Assembly: GCF_000281045.1 (NCBI RefSeq)
Contig: NW_008246110.1
Location: forward strand, 197,354-245,011
Length of the DNA stretch: 47,658 nt
From: Saprolegnia diclina VS20
Taxonomy: Eukaryota
Direction of reading: 5' to 3'
This document shows, one piece after another, positions 33,821-44,815 of this stretch. Positions within the stretch are counted from its first letter, which is position 1. Each line of letters opens with the position of its first letter. The notes below the pieces were generated by a model. It did no database searches and was not told the DNA's origin. It saw only the letters and a list, made by a program, of their open reading frames with translations. The position numbers and the translations under genes were made by a program.

Positions 33821-36800
33821 CTAGCCCTGGTTGCGGCGGCGGGCGAGGATCGCAGCGAGCTCGCTGTTGACATTGCTGCCGGTGGCTGGCGCGGCCACTT
33901 CGCCAAACTGACGCACGTTGAGCGTCTTGTTGGACGAGCTCCGGCGAGTCGTGCTCTTCGCTTCCTTTTCCTGCTGCTTGCGCGCCTTCTTCTCGGCGAC
34001 GCGGCGCAACCGATCGTCTTCGCGCTCTTTTTCGCGCTGGGCCTGGCGCGCCGACCGCTGTGCCATCTCGATCTCGCGCTCGGCGTCGCGCTTCTTCTGG
34101 CGCTCGCGCTCGCGCTTGCGGCGGGCTTTTACGTACTTGTCGGGCACGAGGTCGGACGCTGCGCCAAGTGCGTCGAGGCCCGTCGGCGTCGCCGTGACGC
34201 GAACGTCGGGGCCAGTTCCAAATGTAATGGGCATGGCCGGACTCGAACTCAGAACGGAGCTTGTCCGGAGCCGCACCTGCGTCTCAAAGTCGATCTTGAT
34301 ACTCGGGTTGGCGTGTACGAGGAGCACCGCGAGCTCCGTCTTCTTTTCGCAGAGCCACAGCTGATCTTCCATGACTTCGGTCGAGAAGAAGCCGACGACC
34401 GAGTCGACGACGCGCACGGGCGAGTAGTAGCCGCGGTCGGGCACGACGCAGAGCTGGCTGCACACGTCGGCGCAGTAGATGTTGCCCGTGAAGCGGCAGT
34501 GGTGCCGGCGCGTAAAGAGCCCAAATTTCTTGTGCGTCATCATGCACGCGGGTGCCGCCTTGTTTTCCTTCCAGTGGGAGGCGTCCGGCGTCGCTAGCAC
34601 GGGCGGCGGCGTCATGCGTACAACGAGAAACGGGTCAGCGTTCGGACTCAGCACGAGCGACTCGATCGCTGCAAATGGAATGCGCCGGCGCAACGACAAG
34701 AACGGCGGCGGCTTGACGTCGGGTTTCACAGCCAAGGACATCGGACTCGCTTGCTCAAAGAGGTAGACGTACGCGGCTGTGACGACCAAGTGCCGCGGCA
34801 GACGCTCGCCACGCGCACCGACCTTTTCGATCGCGTCCCAAAAGAGGATCTTCTCCGGGTCGCCGTAGTAGCGCAAAATAGTCCAGACGCTATTGCGGAC
34901 CTCGTCTTGACGGCAATAATCATTGTCGAACGGACGGTACAGACTCACCTAATCCCCAACGCCTTTCTCAAAATCGATGGACGCACAAACAAGAACGTAC
35001 CCGCTGGCGACCCTTGCCCTTGGCGTTGTAGAGCTTGGCAATGTCGGCAGCGAGCGAGAGCAAGTGGCGCCGCCCCGCGTACTTGACCCACGCCCGCTGG
35101 ATCTTGACGACGTACTTGCCGAAGGTCGCGTCGCGGAGCTGCTCGAGTGCAAAGTACGTCTCTGGCGTCCGAATGAACACCATGCTCTTGCCCCACTGCA
35201 CCTCGTCTTTGAGCGCCGGAATCGACTTGATGGCGGCCTTGACAATGGCTTTGGCGCCGTGGGCGTCCGAGCCGGCAAAGTCGGGCGACGTCTCCTTCGA
35301 GAGCCACTTGAAGCGGTCGAGGAACCGGCCATAGTCACCGCGGTACGCATACCCCGCGCGGCGCACTTTGACGTTTTCGAGGAGCCCGAGGTACTGGATC
35401 TGGTGCAAGACGCGCTTGTCGTCGACCGAGTTGGGTTGCTTGTGGTCGTTCGACTTGATGCAGCGCACGTAGTGGGGCTGGCATTCCATGAGCGCCGTCA
35501 CGAGCGCCGCGCACTGTGTGCGGATCTTGGTGCCGGCGGTCACCGCTTTCGCGTCGAGGTCGATGGACCCAAAGAGGTACTGGAGGAGCTTGTTGCTGCT
35601 CTGGCCGAGAAGACTCTGAATGTCTTTGGTCAAGCTCTCCTTGTTGGCCTCGCCGAACCCGAGAATGTTGTACTGCACGTTGCCGGCGTAGTGCTTGATC
35701 TCAAAGACACGGCCGCGCTTGGAGAAATGCGGGTGGCCTTTGTGGATCGTCGAGAGCTTGTCGAGGAAGGTCGCGTCAACACTGTCGCCTTGGCGGCTGT
35801 GCATCGTCTTGATCGTGTCGTCAAGAATGAAGAAGATGCCGGGCGGGGTCCGGGCTTCAATGAGGTCGCAGACCACCTTGTTGTTGAAGAACGGAATCGG
35901 CGTCCACGCGATCCTAGCGCCTACTGTCTAGCAACAGAAGCGAGAGATTCGTTCGTACCCTTCGCGCGCGTACTCGGCTTGCTCCGACTGCAGCGTGAGC
36001 TCGATGAAGATTTGCTGCAGCTTTTCGTTGACGTAGTTGATACAAAACTGCTCAAACCCGTTCAGGTCAAAGATCTCAAAGCCGTAGATGTCGAGAATCC
36101 CGATACTGCTCGCGTCCGACCGCTCCATCTGCTTTTCAATATCCAACGCATGGTTGACGCGCTCGACGAGGAAGTCAAAGAGACTCTCGTAAATGTGCTT
36201 GGCGATCGCGTCGCGCTGGCTCCGAGCTTGGTCCGGGTTCTGCGGCACCTCGTAGCTCTCGACCTTCCCGCCCTACTCATCGGCTTAGCCTCCAAGTTCC
36301 TCGATTTTGAATACCTACCGGTGCCATGGTGTGCAGCCACTTGTAGCTGAACGCGCGCTCCAACGCTACTGCGTCCAGCCCCAAGAGCGCGCAGGCAAAG
36401 TCGAGACTGCTGCGCGCGTCGGCCCGGAGCCGCGACCCCTCGGCGTCCTTGACTTGGAGCGGTTCGAAGTCGACGTTGCCGAGGTGCAAGAGAGCTGCGA
36501 TCGTCTGCACGACCAGCTCGATCTGCTTCTTCTTGATGCCGACGTGCTGCATGGCCGTCATGGTCGCCTCAAACTCGGCGACGTCGTCCAGGTCGTCGAT
36601 CACAAAGCAGTTGGAGACCTTGAGGTACGCATAGGCACTGGGCGACGCTACGAGACCAAACTTGGACCGGGCGCCGTCCGGAAGGCCTGCGAGCACTTGG
36701 TAGAAAATGTGAAAGTTCCGCTCGGCCTTCCCGGGTTTGACGACGCGGGACTTTTCGAGGAGGTAGTTGGTCACATGGCCGCCTTGGGGCCGCCCCGCCG

Positions 36801-37392
36801 CGTCAAAGAGGAGCTCAAAGTACTTGCCAAAGCGTGACGAGTTGTTGTTGCGCACCTAAAATAGGCGCTCGATGAGGCGACGCGCATGTGCTGGCGGTCG
36901 TACGGTCTTGGCGTTGCCAAAAGCTTCGAGGAGCGGGTTGGACTCGAGGAACGTGCGCTTGATCTTGTCGACACCGGCGCCGCTGCCCGAGATGCCAGCA
37001 ATGTAGTTTTGGATCTGCTTGGAGGCTTCGGTCTTGCCCGCGCCCGACTCGCCCGAGATGATGACGCACTGGTTCTCTTCTTCGCGGACCATGGTCCGGT
37101 ACGTCTCTTCGGCGGTCGCAAACACATGCGGTGGCACGTCGATGCGCTGCTTGTGCGCGTAGTACTTCATCGTGCGCTCGCCATAGATGTCGAGCCACTT
37201 GTACGGGTTGACGCACACCAAGACGTGCCCGATGAAGGTGTAGATCTGGTCGCTGCCGTGGCGCGCCTTGAGGTTCTCGAGGATCCCAGTGTCCGAGACC
37301 GACGGCAGCAGCACCATGTCGTCGACGCCCACGACCCGGCGCTCGACCTCGAGGGCCGCGCCGCGGCTGCGCGCCTTCGTCGCCTTGCTCAT
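33821..37392 (-). CDS. Class I-like myosin: motor, IQ, TH1 tail with FYVE-like insert and charged C-terminal helix; multi-exon
   Basis: Motifs [58 protein letters not shown] motif IQRAWVKY, and RRHHCR in the tail. Confidence 0.95.
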
Positions 37393-37900
37393 GCTGCTGA
37401 GGATGATGCTGACTGAGGCCGGCGCCACGTTGCACACGGCCCGCTGAACGCACGCAACCTTCGGGATCATCGGCTAGGTGCACGCAACCTCGGTTGCGGA
37501 AGTCCGTTGTCGCCGCTCAGCGCTGCGCCACCCTAGCGCTGCTTCCTGGGGCGTCCGTGTTGGTTTGTCTGCATTGAGCAGACATGGTATGAACTTGCTG
37601 TAGAGCTTCGTAAGACGAGACACGAGCCCGACGCCAAGTATACCCTAGCCCTGGTTGGGCGGGTCGACCGAGATCGCTTCCGACGCGCGGGTGGAGCCTG
37701 TGATGGAGCAGCCACATGCAACGCGATGGACCTCAAAGAATGGAGTACTAGGCGAATGGTGCAGGGATATCAGTGCGTTCGGGTTCGAGTTCCGTTGCCA
37801 CAGCTGCCGGACCTCCGTCCTGGGTGAGTTGCGTGTATTTAGTCGGATCATTCGGTCGTTTTTTCGGATTGTGCGATTTTCCGGCAAGATAAACAGCTTC

Positions 37901-39401
37901 ATGGCGGTCCCGTTGAAGAAAGGGCTGCAGCTCAAGCAGTGGGTCCTTGGCGAGAAGCTCGGCAGCGGCGCCTGCAGCGATGTGTACGAAGGTAGACCGT
38001 GCTCCTCGCGTGGCATGGGGAGAACGACGTGGGCGTAGTCGCACCTCTCAAGGGCAACGGCGGGCAAAGATATGCCATGAAGGTCTCGCCGATCCCGGCG
38101 CCGACAGTGGGCAAGAAGAAGCGCAAAAAGACGCACGCAGACCGCAGCGCCGATGCGCTCTACGCCGAGCACTTGCTGTACGTCAACAGCCTTGCCGGCC
38201 ATGCGGGAATCCCGACACTGCCAGCCACTGGTGCGTACGGCGAGGACAAAGGATATCGCTTCCTCGTGCTCGAGCGACTCGGCCGTACGCTCGAAGACGT
38301 CAAGGTGGCGCACGGCCGACTGCCAGAGATAAGCGTCGCCCGTCTTGGCCTCGAGATCGTACGACGCGCCGTGCTTGCTCGCGCCTCACGGGTTGTAGAT
38401 GGCGATTCTCCAGCACATTCACTCGAAGCGGCTCCTCTTTGTCGACGTCAAGCCCGAGAACTTTATGCTCAACACGGCGCCCGAGACGACAGTAGCTTCG
38501 CCATGCATATCGGCCGGACACGCAACCACTGCTGTAGGTCTACTGCGTCGACTTTGGCATCGCCGAGCGCTTCCTTCTCGTCACTGGCGCCCACAAGCCG
38601 TTCAAGACGGGCGGTGTCGTCGGGACGCCGACTTTCCTGAGCGTAAACTGCCACGAAGGCAGCAGTACGTTCTCATCTCCTTGACTCGAGTCCCCTCGAC
38701 TCCACCATCCTTGTTGCATAGCCCCGAGCCGTCGAGACGACATTGAGGCGCTTCTCTACGTGTGCCTCTACCTCGTGCGCGGGGACCTCCCGTGGCAAGG
38801 CGCCGCGTCCGACCAAGACGGCGCGCGGCTCAAGCGAGCGACGGCGCTCCCCGACCTCTGCCGTGGCTTATCTCGTACGCTTGCTGGCCAAGGTTGCAAT
38901 GCCTCACTCTTCTTCTCGATAGCCGAGTGGTCCAAGCTCGTGACGTTGATCCGAGCGTGTGGCTTTGAAGACGCTCCCGACTATGCTGCGATCGAAGACG
39001 GCCTCGCACGCATTTGCGGGTCGACGTCGCGCACGGGCACCTATGCCTGGGGCGCGCATACAACAGCAGCAGCCACCACGACAGCCTCCGCCAAGGGCCG
39101 CCCGTCGCCCGCCAAGAAGCAGAAAGGACAGACACGCAAGACACCCGTCGTCATCGACGACGACGACGACGAGTCGTTGGAGGAGGCGCCGGCTCCAGCC
39201 AAAGCCAAAGCCAAAGCCAAGGCCAAGCCCACGAAGCGCACGGTGGCGCCAGCCAAACATTCACCTCCCGCCGTGTCAACGCGTCGTCTGGAGGCCGCGA
39301 CGCGGGCTGTGGGCGCAGCGGCGGCGGCCAGTGCGGCATCTGGCATTGCGACGCGCACACGCTCGTCGGGCCCAAGCGCCAGCTCGAGTGTCGCATCCTA
39401 A
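37901..39401 (+). CDS. CK1-group (VRK-like) Ser/Thr kinase; multi-exon
   Basis: Motifs LGSGACSDVY, YAMK, YRFLVLERLG, DVKPENF, VDFG, GTPTF, SRRDDIE and LPWQ. Confidence 0.9.
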
Positions 39402-39484
39402 GTTCTAAGACCGCTTATGTCGGCGCGAATAGCATGCCTTGCGTGTCTCCTCGATAAGGGGCAAACGAGCTCGATGTTGAGAGC

Positions 39485-41864
39485 TTACGCGAGGTAGTTG
39501 TACAGTTGCGTGTTGGACGCGTCGCGCTCGAGGTACTCGCGGTCGATGAGGCTCTCGATGCGGCGCTTGATGTCGACGGGTTTCGCCGGAAATTTGAGCT
39601 GCGTGAGGAGCTCGCTCATGAGCAGCGCATGCGAGAGCTGCTTGCGCGACTTCATGATGCGCACAATCGCCGCGTCCACTTGGTACTGCCGGTCGCGGAA
39701 GACGCGTTCGTGCGTCTCGGTGTTTTCGGCCGTTGTCTCCTTCATCTGGATCGAGTTGATCTTGATGCGCATGAGCGGGTTCGTAAAGGCCGCATTGTAG
39801 ACAAACTCGTCCGTGTCGGCCACGTCGCGACCCTATTACACGCTGCCAAGCTGCAAGCAATATACGAGGCCTACCTTGGGCTGCTTGGTGAGCACGCGGA
39901 CCTTGCCGCACGCAAGGGACTGCAGCGTTCGCCGCAGCTCGCCGTCCTCGATGCCCGTCTGCTCCTTGATCTCGTTGAACCCGAGCGTGTCACGACCAGT
40001 GTTGAAGCTGAGTAGTACGAGCGTCTGAAACACCGAGACGGCGAGCTCCTTCCGGCCTTTCGGAAACGACGCTTTGACGAGGCAGTGGCCGAGCGAGTGC
40101 TGCCATTGGAGCTGCCGGCCCTGGTACTTGGACGTGTAAAAGGCTTCAAAGATCGCCTTGAGCGGCAGCAGCGACTGCGGCAGGATGATCTCGGTCGGCA
40201 CGTACGCCGGCCAAAAGCCGGTCGTGAGCACGTGCACGTGCATGTCCATCTTGTGCTTGAGGTTGCTAATCGCGAGTCTACGTCCACCGTCGATGATGAG
40301 TCACGCGTTCTGGTCCGACGTCAAACGCACTGGCTCGCGTTGTGCTGCTGAAACTGCGTCATGACACTGCGCGAGAGGTCAATGTCCTTGAACATACCTT
40401 CAAGCTACATATACATCGTCGTCATCCCATGCAAGAGCGCAACGTTGCGAGTACCTTGTTGGTGAACGAGCTGCCGCACTCGGTCTTGAGCTTGGAGATC
40501 ATGGCTTTCTCCAAGTCGAACGAGGCCGACTTGCCGAGAAGCAGTCGCTTCGCAAGATCCTTCTTGTAGAACGCCTCGAAGACATCCTTGCCTTGGATGT
40601 AGCGGAAGAGCACCATGAGGCGGTCGAGGAGCGCTTCAATGTCGCGCTCCGACCCGTCTTTATTGCCCGTCTTGAGCTTGGCGTCCACAAACTTGGCAAT
40701 GAGCTCGGCCGGGCGGCTCGCTTTCGCGTTGACTGCCGACTCCATCGCCGACTTGAGGGCATGCACAAACGTCGTCTCGCTGTGGAAGGCGTCGCGCAGC
40801 ATGACGTCCAGGTCGGATTTGAGCTGGAGGAGGCTTGCGACCATGCCCTTCTCGAGCTCGAGGCTGGTCGGACTCGTGTCGTTGACGATCTTGGCGCCGG
40901 TCGCGATGATGTACTGACTCCAGCTGGCTTTCAGGAGCGGGAGCTGCTCGATGCGCTCAAAGAGGCTGAAGAGGCGCTTGAGGTCGTCGATGCGGTGGCC
41001 GGTTGCGAGCTCTTCGAACCCGCGCTCGAGGAGGAGTGCGGCGTGGGGTGCGAGCAAGTGGGCCTCGACGACGTGCAGGATCGCCTTCTTCGTCGTCAAG
41101 TTGTTGTCCATGTAGCCCGTCGCGCGCTCGTTCTCTTCCGTCAGACGCTTCTCGACATGCAAAAGGAACGACGCGACGCTGCCGTCTTCCATGTGCTGCT
41201 GGCCTTCGGACGCGTAAAACACCTCGGCCGACGCCAAGAACGGCCGCTCGAGATGCCGGCCGTAGATCGTGAGCGCCGATGTCATGCGCACGAGCGACTT
41301 GAGGTGCTGTCGCTGGACCGTCTCGCCATGGCGCTCGCGCTCGACTTCGCGCAAAAACGATGTTGTGATCTTGGCCTCGAGCGCCGGAAGCACATGCAGC
41401 GCCTCCTGGAAGCACGCGAGGCCCATGTCGTAGATGGACGCGACGCCCGGTGTTTGCATGACGTACGTCCGATCCAGATAGAGGCAAAGGTTGCGGATCA
41501 TGAGCAAGTCGGAGCAGAATTCTTCCCAGAGACCCACGAGCTTCTCGACAAAGAGCGCGCTGTCGACCTGGAGGAGGCCGAGGTCGTCGTCGGCGCACGC
41601 CGACTGCAGCGTCTTGTCGACCGTCATCGCGAGGTGTGTCTTGAGGAGGCCGTAGAGCCACGCGGCCTTCTTCTGGTGGCAGAGGTCCGTGACGAGGCCG
41701 TAGAGCTCTTCCCAGCCTAGCGTCGTGTTGGCCGCGGTCGCCGACTTGTTCTGGAGGCACATCAACGAGGCCTGCAGGTCCTTCCATGCGCGCTCCTCGA
41801 AGCCGTCCGGGACGCTCGGCGCCTGCTTGAACGGCTTGATCGAGACCTTCCTTGCCTTCTTCAT
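39485..41864 (-). CDS. CUL4: Cullin-4; multi-exon
   Basis: Motifs [65 protein letters not shown] (neddylation Lys) and terminal YNYLA. Confidence 0.96.
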
Positions 41865-42080
41865 CGCTGGCCGCAATTTGTATGGCAAGCCGCAAGATGC
41901 AATTTTAATCCCATGTTTTATGTTGCATAGTGTTTCTCAGTGTAGCATCAAAGAATTCGTCCCAGCCTGGCATTCCGCCATCGTCAAGACCATGCAAGTG
42001 GCCGCCACATCGACCCTCGCGCCGGCCATCCTCGGACGCGCCGCCGTAGCAACCGCCATATAGGTGCGACCGCCGTACTA

Positions 42081-42821
42081 TTAAAAGTTAAGCCACGTGA
42101 GCGCGCACACGGCGACGGTCGCGGGCGACGGGAGGAAGTCCTCGATCGAGCCCCACGAGTTGGCGTCATGGTACAGAAACTCCATGCTCTTCTTGAGCGA
42201 CGGGTGCAGCACCTGGCCGTGGCACTCGAAGAGCCACATGACAATGGCCCACGTAGCGCACGCGAGCACGGGGTAGACCTCGGGGAATGCATAGTCACGG
42301 AGGATCGGGGCGCCTCTCGCGCTTAAGAGCTTGACGAGGCCGATGAGGACGCGCGAGAAGAGGTACATGACGATCTGGTAATTGACGTTCGAGTACTTGG
42401 ACCAGATCGCGTACCTAGACACAGTCCTCGATGCATGATTTTGGGCTAGGCCATGTACCCGCCGATCGCGCCGGCGGCCGCCGCGTGCCATGGCACGACC
42501 GGGTTCAAGCCCGCGCTTGGCGTCGTCGCGCCGCCATGCATCGCCTTGAGCACCAGCAGCGACGCCTTGTAGACGCCGACAAAGCACGCCAAGTTCTTCG
42601 TGTGCTCGTACGTGAGCTTGATGATCGCGCGGAGCTGGTCGCGCAGCGGTTTCTTCTGGAAGAGCAGCACCATGACCAGCGCTATCCACCGCAGCATTGT
42701 CGGCCGCTCATGGCCAGTGTCTCGTACCGTGGGGCGCGCGGATCTTGGTGCCATAGAAGGCGCCGTTGCGGACTGCGCGCACGAGGCAGAGGACGTCGTG
42801 CGGGATCAGCGTGCTCATCAT
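42081..42821 (-). CDS. PXMP4: Peroxisomal membrane protein 4 (PXMP4/PMP24, Tim17 family); multi-exon
   Basis: Contains RNGAFYGTKIRAPH-ALVM, NVNYQIVMYLFSR, WAIVMWLFE and SMEFLYHDANSW. Confidence 0.92.
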
Positions 42822-43501
42822 CTTCGCCAGGAGCAACTCTGGTGCTTGGCTCACTTGCCCATTGGGATGGTATCCGTACGATCCTCCACCGTATCCGGAT
42901 CGCCGGCTCCCAAATGGTCCGGGGGGTGGCATTTGGTCGACGAACGTGAGTTTGAAATCGAATCGCCCATACTCGACACAGCGATAGAAGACGCTTTTGG
43001 GTGCAGAGCAAACCGCGTTGCGTCGTCGCTACAGGCCTAGGACGCGCGCAATGCTCGACAATACATACAAAGCGCTCTAAAAACGTTTAAAAGCAAATGC
43101 TGCAGCGACGATCACACTGGACCAAGAGCGGTACTATCAAGGAGCATAATTTTATGCTCCTTGCTACTATACAACGCCCAGAGCCGCTGTCTTACGTGAT
43201 AGGGACGGCTTTTGCGCTGCCAAGGCCCGGATTGTCCGCCCTCCAGTGACACCGAAACTCAGACACTCGCACACAGACGAGATGCCGAAGATCGGGCACT
43301 CGCACACAGCGAGATGCACGTACATGCTAGCAACTACACCGCCTCTTCTGGTACAGCTTTCGGGAATAAATTTGCTGGCGCTATCTTCGCGCAAGTATTC
43401 GAGAGCGGATCGCAAAGTTCCCCCACAGTTTCCGTCAACGTGGGAATCGACGAATGAAGACTTTGTCTGACCAACCGCGTTGATTGTTACCATCTCGCCG
43501 C

Positions 43502-43687
43502 TTAATAGCAGCGCCAGTGGCAGACACGTCCGTGGACCCCCGTCGTGCACACGTTGCGGCACAGCTCAAACTCGCCGTTCGGGTCCGGAAGGCCACCGGG
43601 TGCGGCTTCGTTCTTGGTCGTATCAACGTCCGGGGCAGCGGCCGCAAAGACACTGAGCAGCGTCATCAGGATCATCGTCTTGAGCAT
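43502..43687 (-). CDS. Small secreted Cys-rich peptide precursor, 61 aa (copy 1)
   Basis: MLKTMILMTLLSVFAAAA-PDVDTTKNEAAPGGLPDPNGEFE-LCRNVCTTGVHGRVCHWRCY*; INR/FPR motif 15 nt upstream. Confidence 0.72.
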   Translation of the reverse strand: MLKTMILMTLLSVFAAAAPDVDTTKNEAAPGGLPDPNGEFELCRNVCTTGVHGRVCHWRCY

Positions 43688-43702
43688 TGTAGCAGAGGTG
43701 GG

Positions 43703-43718
43703 CAATTGCAAAGTGAGC
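43703..43718 (-). promoter_or_regulatory. INR/FPR core promoter of peptide copy 1
   Basis: Minus strand reads GCTCACTTTGCAATTG versus consensus GCTCATTYYNCAWTTT. Confidence 0.65.
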
Positions 43719-43821
43719 TCCAAACGCTCCATGGGGAGAGCGGTGAGTGCAGGTAGCGAGCGAGTGCTTTGACTGTTGCCGAGAAATGCGCGCACTTTGA
43801 TGTCGACAGACGCGAAGCCAT

Positions 43822-44310
43822 CGCCGCCTGGAATCGCATGCCTCCTTGCCGAGCTGAACGATGCCAAGATGCGAGGCGTCCGTGTAGCGTGTACTTGCCG
43901 ATGTCGACTCGCTAGTATTGGCGTACAGGACGTCGCCAGCGCCTCTCGAAGTGCAGGACGTCGCCAGCGCCTCTCGAAGTGCAGGACGTCGCCAGCGCCT
44001 ATCGAAGTGACGGCCAAGTGGCGCGGCGACGTCCTTGAGCTCGTCGACCCCGATCTGCCGACGCTGATGCTATGGGATAAAACCTCCAACACTATGACTC
44101 TTGAGAGCTACGTCAACAATATTTGTTTCTACAACGAAGCCGGGTACGCTGCGCTCACCGACTCGCTTCGGGTGGCGCGCCCCCTCTTGGATGTGGTGCA
44201 GGACCTTGACGGCGACGATGCCTCGCCGCACCGACTCCCGCCGGATAGCACCTCGATCAAGGCACTGCGCAACGCGCGCAACCTCCCACTGGGCGCAAAA
44301 GTCTCGGCCG
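43822..44310 (+). repeat. Dispersed direct repeat, copy A (decayed coding-like segment)
   Basis: Highly similar to 45931-46373; ends at an N gap. Confidence 0.9.
43926..44009 (+). repeat. Tandem repeat, 3 x 28 bp (CAGGACGTCGCCAGCGCCTCTCGAAGTG)
   Basis: Units start at 43926, 43954 and 43982 (third has one mismatch). Only one unit is present in copy B (46035-46062). Confidence 0.92.
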
Positions 44311-44410
44311 NNNNNNNNNNNNNNNNNNNNNNNNNNNNNNNNNNNNNNNNNNNNNNNNNNNNNNNNNNNNNNNNNNNNNNNNNNNNNNNNNNNNNNNNNN
44401 NNNNNNNNNN
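44311..44410. other. Assembly gap (100 N)
   Basis: Run of N. Confidence 1.
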
Positions 44411-44783
44411 CCAAACGCTCCATGGGGAGAGCGGTGAGTGCAGGTAGCGAGCGAGTGCTTTGACTGTTGCCGAGAAATGCGCGCACTTTGATGTCGACAG
44501 ACGCGGAGCCATCAAGTCCCATCAGGATGACGCCCCTGACGTTGCTGCCAGCAACGTCCGGGGCCACGTCGGCAGCCGCCGCAAGGACACTGAGCAGCGT
44601 CATCAGGAATCGTCGTCTTCATCGTTAGCGGGTCGTACACTATTCAAATCTACTCACGTTTGGGCATCCTGATGGGACTTGATGGCTCCGCGTCTGTCGA
44701 CATCAAAGTGCGCGCATTTCTCGGCAACAGTCAAAGCACTCGCTCGCTACCTGCACTCACCGCTCTCCCCATGGAGCGTTTGG
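44411..44783. repeat. Inner inverted repeat: arms 44411-44529 and 44665-44783, 135-bp spacer
   Basis: ccaaacgctc...cccatcaggatg is the reverse complement of catcctgatggg...gagcgtttgg. Confidence 0.9.
44530..44622 (-). pseudogene. Frameshifted, truncated paralogue of the secreted peptide gene (signal/pro region only)
   Basis: Reads ATG AAG ACG ACG ATT-C-CTG ATG ACG CTG CTC AGT GTC CTT GCG GCG GCT GCC..CCG GAC GTT, versus the intact ATG CTC AAG ACG ATG ATC CTG ATG ACG CTG CTC AGT GTC TTT GCG GCC GCT GCC CCG GAC GTT. Confidence 0.7.
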
Positions 44784-44784
44784 A

Positions 44785-44800
44785 GCTCACTTTGCAATTG
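44785..44800 (+). promoter_or_regulatory. INR/FPR core promoter of peptide copy 2
   Basis: GCTCACTTTGCAATTG, ending 15 nt before the ATG at 44816. Confidence 0.65.
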
Positions 44801-44815
44801 CCCACCTCTGCTACA

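Larger units (their letters stand above)
42780..43822. repeat. Left arm of ~1.04 kb inverted duplication
   Basis: Reverse complement of 44681-45724; only a handful of substitutions and one 1-nt indel seen by eye. Confidence 0.95.

Noticed and set aside
43926..44009. 28-bp repeats as a CRISPR array
   Set aside because: The units are directly adjacent with no spacers, there are no cas genes, and the context is eukaryotic.
44660..44815. Longer N-terminal versions of the peptide ORF (113 aa; 196 aa on the other arm)
   Set aside because: The extensions cross rearrangement junctions and the INR/FPR motif, and would bury the signal peptide.
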